Origin: a virus
Virus record (IMG/VR): IMGVR_UViG_3300046485_000051
Coordinates: 1 to 64,000 of that record
Reading direction: 5' to 3' (one strand)
DNA: 64,000 nucleotides
Shown here: positions 59,611-64,000 of the stretch, piece after piece
Numbering within the stretch: position 1 is the first letter of the stretch
Layout of the letters: every line of letters starts with the position of its first letter
Position numbers and translations under genes: made by a program
Notes under the pieces: model-generated
Told to the model about the DNA's origin: nothing
The model's input: the letters and a program-made list of their open reading frames with translations, nothing else
Database searches by the model: none

Positions 59611-60796
59611 AGTCACTGTCAAGCGAGGCTCGGTATCTGTCCCCGTCTATCACACACCCGGCCCGCGCGGCGATGGCTGGACGGTGGCCTTTCGCGAGCC
59701 CGACGGCACCCGGCGGCGTATCTTTCGGGCTTCCCTGGTAGGAGCTAAGCAGGAGGCTGAAGTCATCGCGACGCGCCTGGCCAACGTGCCGGACACCCTG
59801 GTCGGCCCCGAGGCGCGCGAAGCTGGACAGGCTGCACAAGCAGCCCAGGCCGCCGGCATGACGCTGCTGGAAGCCGTCCAGGAGTGCTGCGGGGCCAAGG
59901 CGAAGCTCAAGGGCAAGGCCACGCTGGACACCGCTATCGACTACTTCCTAGCCCGGCACGTCGAGGAGCCGGCCCAGGTCTCGCTCGTTCAGATTTGCGA
60001 GGAGTTTCTCCGCCAGCAGGAGCAAGACGGACTCAATGAGCGCTACCGCGTGGAGCTTCTCCGCCAGCTTCGGCCATTCTGCGCGGACCTCGCCTGTCCT
60101 CCGGCGACCTTAACCGCCCGGCTGATTGATGACTGGTTGCGCGCCAGTCAAAAAGCGCACGCTTGGACGGGCAGAACGCGCAACCACTGCCGGGCGGCAA
60201 TTTCAAACATGCTCAACTTCGCGAAGCGACGCGGACACCTTCCCCGCGACTGGGCAGAAATGCCGTTCGTGCCCAAGGCCGTAGAAGAGGACGGGGAAAT
60301 CGGGATTTACTCTCCCGAGGACCTGGCGAAAATTCTAGCCAAGCCGATTGAGGTGGACCTCCTGCCCCTGGTTGTCCTCGGGGCGTTCACCGGGGCGCGG
60401 CCCAGCGAAATTCTGCGGCTGGGCTGGGAGGACTTTCACTGGGAGAGCGGCGAGCTATTCGTCGGCCAGGGTAAGGTAAGGACTGCCGGCCACCGAATAG
60501 CGCCGCTCTTGCCGGCGTGCGCGGCTTGGCTTCACCCGGTCCGCAAGACTTCGGGCCGGGTGACGGCGTTCGAGTTCTACGCGCCAGCGCTCGTCGGGCT
60601 TGTGCGGAGCGCTGGGGTAGCTTCCATCCAGGACGGCTTGCGCCACTCCTTCATAACCTATCGGCGTGCGGTGACTAAGGACCTGGCAAAGGTCAGCGGC
60701 GAGGTCGGCACTAATCCTGGCACCCTCACGAAACGCTACTGCCGACCCGTGAAACAGGCGGACGCGGAAGCGTGGTTCTCTCTGCGCCCGTCCTGA
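59600..60796 (+). CDS. int: Tyrosine recombinase/integrase
   Basis: GARPSEILRLGWEDF, HRIAPLLP, GLRHSFITYR and a C-terminal LTKRYCRP supply R..H.xR..Y residues in the usual order. GTG start. Confidence 0.8.
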   Translation: MSAKVTVKRGSVSVPVYHTPGPRGDGWTVAFREPDGTRRRIFRASLVGAKQEAEVIATRLANVPDTLVGPEAREAGQAAQAAQAAGMTLLEAVQECCGAKAKLKGKATLDTAIDYFLARHVEEPAQVSLVQICEEFLRQQEQDGLNERYRVELLRQLRPFCADLACPPATLTARLIDDWLRASQKAHAWTGRTRNHCRAAISNMLNFAKRRGHLPRDWAEMPFVPKAVEEDGEIGIYSPEDLAKILAKPIEVDLLPLVVLGAFTGARPSEILRLGWEDFHWESGELFVGQGKVRTAGHRIAPLLPACAAWLHPVRKTSGRVTAFEFYAPALVGLVRSAGVASIQDGLRHSFITYRRAVTKDLAKVSGEVGTNPGTLTKRYCRPVKQADAEAWFSLRPS

Positions 60797-61058
60797 CAAT
60801 CCTGACAGACTGTTTTCCCGTTGTTGCCCTCCGGTTCCAACTTGATATTAAATGCCTGCTCCGCATTGCTTAGAAATCAAGCGGATTGCTAGGCAGTTTG
60901 TTAATATCAGGAAATATGATTTGCAGTTAAGGAAGGTGCGTGGTGGCCGAGACCCTGGACACCCACCGAAGGCCCGTATTTATTGACTGAAACCTCGGTT
61001 ATTAAGGTCATCGCCTATCACCTTATTGAATCCTGTCCTGACTAAAACCTGACAATTC
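60797..61058. other. Candidate attP region
   Basis: 262-bp AT-richer non-coding stretch directly after int. Same-orientation CCTGAC(A) repeats at 60792, 60801, 61037 and 61048. Confidence 0.4.
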
Positions 61059-61301
61059 TCAAAGCAGGTGTTTCATGGCCTCTTCGATGGTGTCCCAGCC
61101 GGTCCGGTAGCGCGCATAGCCAGTGGCCCGGTTCCAGCCGCACTTGAAGAGGGTCTTCTCGGCGAAGCGGAGGGACTCCGGCAGGGTGACATAGCAGACC
61201 TCAGTCGGGGCCTCGACAATCAACTCCCACGAGCCGCCGGGCAGTTCGGTCAGCCCGGGGCCGTAAATGACTATCGGGACGCTGGGGTCTTCGTCACTCA
61301 T
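61059..61301 (-). CDS. Hypothetical protein
   Basis: 80-aa ORF with ATGA coupling to the upstream gene. Confidence 0.45.
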   Translation of the reverse strand: MSDEDPSVPIVIYGPGLTELPGGSWELIVEAPTEVCYVTLPESLRFAEKTLFKCGWNRATGYARYRTGWDTIEEAMKHLL

Positions 61302-61477
61302 ACTCTCGTTTGGTCTAGTTCGACGTTGCAGCCTAGCCAGGCGTCGCGTGCCATGTCCAAGCCTTTCTGTTGCAGCAGTTGACCATCGGCGAACAGAATA
61401 CCCTGGTCGGTCTTGACTTCAAGGACAACCGTCGGCGGGTCCGTGCGGTTGTCGATGTAGGTATAGACGGCGGTCAT
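61298..61477 (-). CDS. Hypothetical protein
   Basis: Trimmed to ATG 61477, which overlaps the upstream stop (ATGA). Confidence 0.4.
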   Translation of the reverse strand: MTAVYTYIDNRTDPPTVVLEVKTDQGILFADGQLLQQKGLDMARDAWLGCNVELDQTRV

Positions 61478-61926
61478 GTCTTGTGCTGTTCTGCCCACTC
61501 GGCCAGGGTAAGCTGGCGCGCCGGGGCCATGATGACGGCTTCCTGGGTGTCATAGTCAAACTCTTGGAAGGCTCCCTTGCCGGCCTTCTCGACGGCCTTG
61601 CGGACCTTGCGAGTGCTGGCGTCAGTAAGCTTGAGGACCAGGCCCGAAGCGCCGGCCCGGACTGCGACATGGAAGCGCTCGACTTCTTTGTCCTCAACGA
61701 CCAGGACCTCCTTCGGGTCAGTGATGACACGTGAGGGCGCGGCCTCAGCCCGCCAGGGATGCGGCTTCGGTGTAAGCGTTCCGTCCACCTGACGTAACGG
61801 CGTGCTCCAGGACTGGTCCAGGTTGCCGAAGTCAATGCTGCGCCACACAGCAATGCCGCCACGGGTGCGAATCCAGCTAAGAAACTTCGGCGCGTTCTCC
61901 AGTTGGCAATAGTGAGGCTCGCTCAT
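61474..61926 (-). CDS. Hypothetical protein
   Basis: 150-aa ORF, coupled. Confidence 0.45.
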   Translation of the reverse strand: MSEPHYCQLENAPKFLSWIRTRGGIAVWRSIDFGNLDQSWSTPLRQVDGTLTPKPHPWRAEAAPSRVITDPKEVLVVEDKEVERFHVAVRAGASGLVLKLTDASTRKVRKAVEKAGKGAFQEFDYDTQEAVIMAPARQLTLAEWAEQHKT

Positions 61927-62291
61927 AACCCTAGGACGAAGGCCGGCACTCCCCAGCGCCGAGCCTCGTGCTCGATAACAACAATGCTTTCAGTCTTCGC
62001 GACGATGCCAACAGTCTTGCCGAGTAGCTGCTCTGCGAAGCGCGACGCTAGACCGGCGGCCGTCAGCGCTTCGAGGGCGCGCGGCGTGTTCTGGATGGTC
62101 GCTGCCCGGCGAGCAGCCGAGAGCCCTCTCACGTTTGATGCCTCGTTCTCCCAGGCCCGAGTGACGGCGAGCCCGTTGATAGAAGGAGCCGGCGGTCGGG
62201 CCGGGTCCCAAGGCTTCCTCATTTCCACCGAACGTGTCGGGCTCTTCGACAAGTCGGCCAGTGCAATTTTGAGTTTCTTTAGTGCTTTCAT
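61923..62291 (-). CDS. Hypothetical protein
   Basis: 122-aa ORF. Confidence 0.45.
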   Translation of the reverse strand: MKALKKLKIALADLSKSPTRSVEMRKPWDPARPPAPSINGLAVTRAWENEASNVRGLSAARRAATIQNTPRALEALTAAGLASRFAEQLLGKTVGIVAKTESIVVIEHEARRWGVPAFVLGL

Positions 62292-62294
62292 TTT

Positions 62295-62489
62295 TCAGTT
62301 CTCCATGTCTGCCCAGGTGGGCTTGCGCGTGGCCATCGCCTCGGCCCGGATTACGTCCAGGTCGTGGCAGCGAGCGCTGTAGCGCAGGTTGCTGGCGAAG
62401 CGCCGGAAGGCTTTGCCTGGGCGGCAGCCTCGTGCGCGGATTGAGGTTTCGAGGGTTTGAACGTGTCGGTCTGTTGTTAGTATGCTCAT
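62295..62489 (-). CDS. Hypothetical 64-aa protein
   Basis: ORF 62295..62750 trimmed to ATG 62489. The longer N-terminus overlaps the next gene and reads as Arg/Pro/Thr junk. Confidence 0.4.
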   Translation of the reverse strand: MSILTTDRHVQTLETSIRARGCRPGKAFRRFASNLRYSARCHDLDVIRAEAMATRKPTWADMEN

Positions 62490-62493
62490 AAGT

Positions 62494-62838
62494 TTATCTG
62501 TAGAATTTAGCGTGCGGAATGATTTCAAGAACGTCCTGCTTGGCCTTCTCGCGGGACGTGGCGCGGGTGAAGACCTCGATGGCGAAGCCGTGCTTATCGT
62601 AGGCAGCGGCTCGGTAGATGGCGGTGCCCCGGGTGTAGCCCCAGTATGCGCCGCCCTGGTCGTAGTCGCCGTCAACGAGACGGAGCTTACGCAGGTAGAG
62701 CCTGGGCGTGGCCAGCAATGGGTTCTTTGGCAGCACGTCGCGCCGGCCAAGCATCGCGCCTGAGCAGTGCTTGACGTTGTTGTCGTCGTAGAAGTAGCGC
62801 AGCCCGTTGCCGAGCGGCGGATAGTTGGAGTCTTTCAT
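62494..62838 (-). CDS. Hypothetical protein (GGAYWGY motif)
   Basis: 114-aa ORF containing LRLVDGDYDQGGAYWGY. Confidence 0.5.
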   Translation of the reverse strand: MKDSNYPPLGNGLRYFYDDNNVKHCSGAMLGRRDVLPKNPLLATPRLYLRKLRLVDGDYDQGGAYWGYTRGTAIYRAAAYDKHGFAIEVFTRATSREKAKQDVLEIIPHAKFYR

Positions 62839-63122
62839 AAATCAGTTTTGATGGGGAAGAGCGGCCCGATTTCGACTTGAGCGCCGCGCGCCAGGGCTGC
62901 CTCTAGGTCGCGCTTCAGCTTGGTTACAAAGGTCTTGTTATTGTGGTCGCCGACCTGCGCAGGTATGGCGGCCTTGTTGATGTGAATCGCGCAATACATC
63001 CCGACGAAGTAGGATTGCAGCAGAAACCTCACTTCGTAGCCGTTTGGCTCTACGACGTTGACGAAAGTGGGGTAGTTCACCCCTGGCCTAATTGTCTTCA
63101 GTGTTTCAAGTGTAGCTGGCAT
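62835..63122 (-). CDS. Hypothetical protein
   Basis: Trimmed to ATG 63122, directly after the upstream stop. Confidence 0.45.
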   Translation of the reverse strand: MPATLETLKTIRPGVNYPTFVNVVEPNGYEVRFLLQSYFVGMYCAIHINKAAIPAQVGDHNNKTFVTKLKRDLEAALARGAQVEIGPLFPIKTDL

Positions 63123-63123
63123 G

Positions 63124-63468
63124 TCAGCGTGTCCTCCCCAAGGTCTTGCCGCAACTCGGCTGGCGCTGGACCTTGTTCTGGATAATCCTCGCGACCCAGT
63201 CGTCCAGGAGTTGGCCGGCGCGGTCGCGCAGGAGACCGGTGACGAAGGTCTCGTCCGGCGGAAGCGGGTCGAAGATTTGCGTCGGCGCTTTGGCGCGTAG
63301 TGCGCGGAGGAGCGCTTCAACGTCAGCCTTAACCTCGTCAACGAAGTCCTGGCTGACTCGGCTAAACCGGTCAACCTTGAACTTGGCGGAGCACCGCAGC
63401 GCGTGGGCGCGGATGGCGCTCTCGTTGAGGTAGCGCTGGCTGGAGAGGTCTATGGTGTTGTCGTTCAT
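63124..63468 (-). CDS. Hypothetical protein
   Basis: 114-aa ORF. Confidence 0.45.
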   Translation of the reverse strand: MNDNTIDLSSQRYLNESAIRAHALRCSAKFKVDRFSRVSQDFVDEVKADVEALLRALRAKAPTQIFDPLPPDETFVTGLLRDRAGQLLDDWVARIIQNKVQRQPSCGKTLGRTR

Positions 63469-63472
63469 AAGA

Positions 63473-63697
63473 TTAGCGGCTCAGGGTCAGCCCGGCGTCA
63501 ACTGCGAGCGTCCAAAGGCCCGCAGCATACCGCGCTTCAACTGCCAGGTTCGGCCCCAGGTATTGGTGCTCACCATCCGCCAGGCAGTGGTCTTCCAGCC
63601 AGCAGCGGGCGGCCTCTGTTTGTGGGCAGAAGAGGTAAAGAGAGCCGTGGTCCTCTAGCCGGAAGTCAGTAGGGGGAACTTTGTTTTTAATGCTCAT
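63473..63697 (-). CDS. Hypothetical 74-aa protein
   Basis: Trimmed to ATG 63697. Confidence 0.4.
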   Translation of the reverse strand: MSIKNKVPPTDFRLEDHGSLYLFCPQTEAARCWLEDHCLADGEHQYLGPNLAVEARYAAGLWTLAVDAGLTLSR

Positions 63698-63701
63698 AAT
63701 G

Positions 63702-64000
63702 TTAGCGGGGTAAGCAGACGTGAATGACTGCGCAGTCGACGAGCTTGCCGTCGGGCAGTTGAAACAAGCAGGAGGACGTGAAGGCCCGGTAGCTTTTCCC
63801 GTTGAGCGAGACCCGGCCTTCCAACTCGTGGCCGGCCTGCCGGGCGTGCGACAGCGTGCGGACGCCATAGACGGTTATCTGGTGGCGCACTTCTGTGGCC
63901 GATGAGACGCTGAAATCCTGCGAGCACGCCAGCGCCGTGTAACTGAGCGGCTGCTGCCAAGGCCCGAAGGTCTTCAGCTTGCCGAGCTTCTGGCCGGCGG
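63702..64000 (-). CDS. Hypothetical protein, 5' end beyond the window edge
   Basis: Hand translation shows the frame stays open from 63890 to 64000 (..QKLGKLKTFGPWQQPLSYTALACSQDFSVSSATE..). Confidence 0.4.
   Translation of the reverse strand, partial: AGQKLGKLKTFGPWQQPLSYTALACSQDFSVSSATEVRHQITVYGVRTLSHARQAGHELEGRVSLNGKSYRAFTSSCLFQLPDGKLVDCAVIHVCLPR

Larger units (their letters stand above)
1..64000. mobile_element. Phage genome segment (temperate, podovirus-like gene order) occupying the whole window
   Basis: Terminase-portal-scaffold-capsid-tail-internal virion gene order, lysis-like cassette, replication module and excisionase/integrase. No host housekeeping gene, rRNA or tRNA recognised. 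Confidence 0.85.

Overview
This GC-rich 64-kb window (roughly 60% GC or more, judged by eye) reads as phage from end to end. It looks like a temperate, podovirus-like genome, either free/circularly permuted or an excised prophage. No host housekeeping gene, rRNA, tRNA or CRISPR array was recognised. Layout: (i) 0-8.7 kb, plus strand, holds small accessory and regulatory genes: a secreted FN3 protein, a split ZnF/LuxR regulator, a T5orf172 protein and two NUMOD1-like paralogs, each preceded by about 0.5 kb of structured non-coding DNA. (ii) 8.7-40.5 kb, plus strand, is the late block: an unusual leader RNA region, large terminase, portal, scaffold, a Stealth-like plus GT-A glycosyltransferase pair, major capsid, adaptor/tail genes, a 1202-aa LamG/Ig-repeat tail protein, a highly repetitive tail fibre, internal-virion proteins, a 2745-aa polyvalent giant protein and a RuvC-like resolvase. 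(iii) 40.4-59.2 kb, minus strand, holds a lysis-like cassette, endonuclease VII, a DUF4406/NTP-pyrophosphohydrolase fusion, a metallophosphoesterase, a family-A DNA polymerase, a primase-helicase, a Cas4-like nuclease, an SNF2 helicase, a hyper-regular pentapeptide-repeat protein bracketed by identical 26-nt hairpins, a DUF932-like protein, early regulators and an excisionase. (iv) 59.3-61.1 kb holds an RHH protein, a tyrosine integrase and a candidate attP, followed by more minus-strand small genes. The best candidates for new biology are four. First, the giant polyvalent protein, with a [FY]-S-P-[AS]-x motif recurring 7 times at apparent domain boundaries. Second, the sugar-transferase pair wedged between scaffold and capsid. 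Third, the structured GGGA-repeat/terminator leader that abuts the terminase ATG. Fourth, the promoter set placed for leaderless mRNAs. All functional calls come from motifs read by eye; no searches were run.
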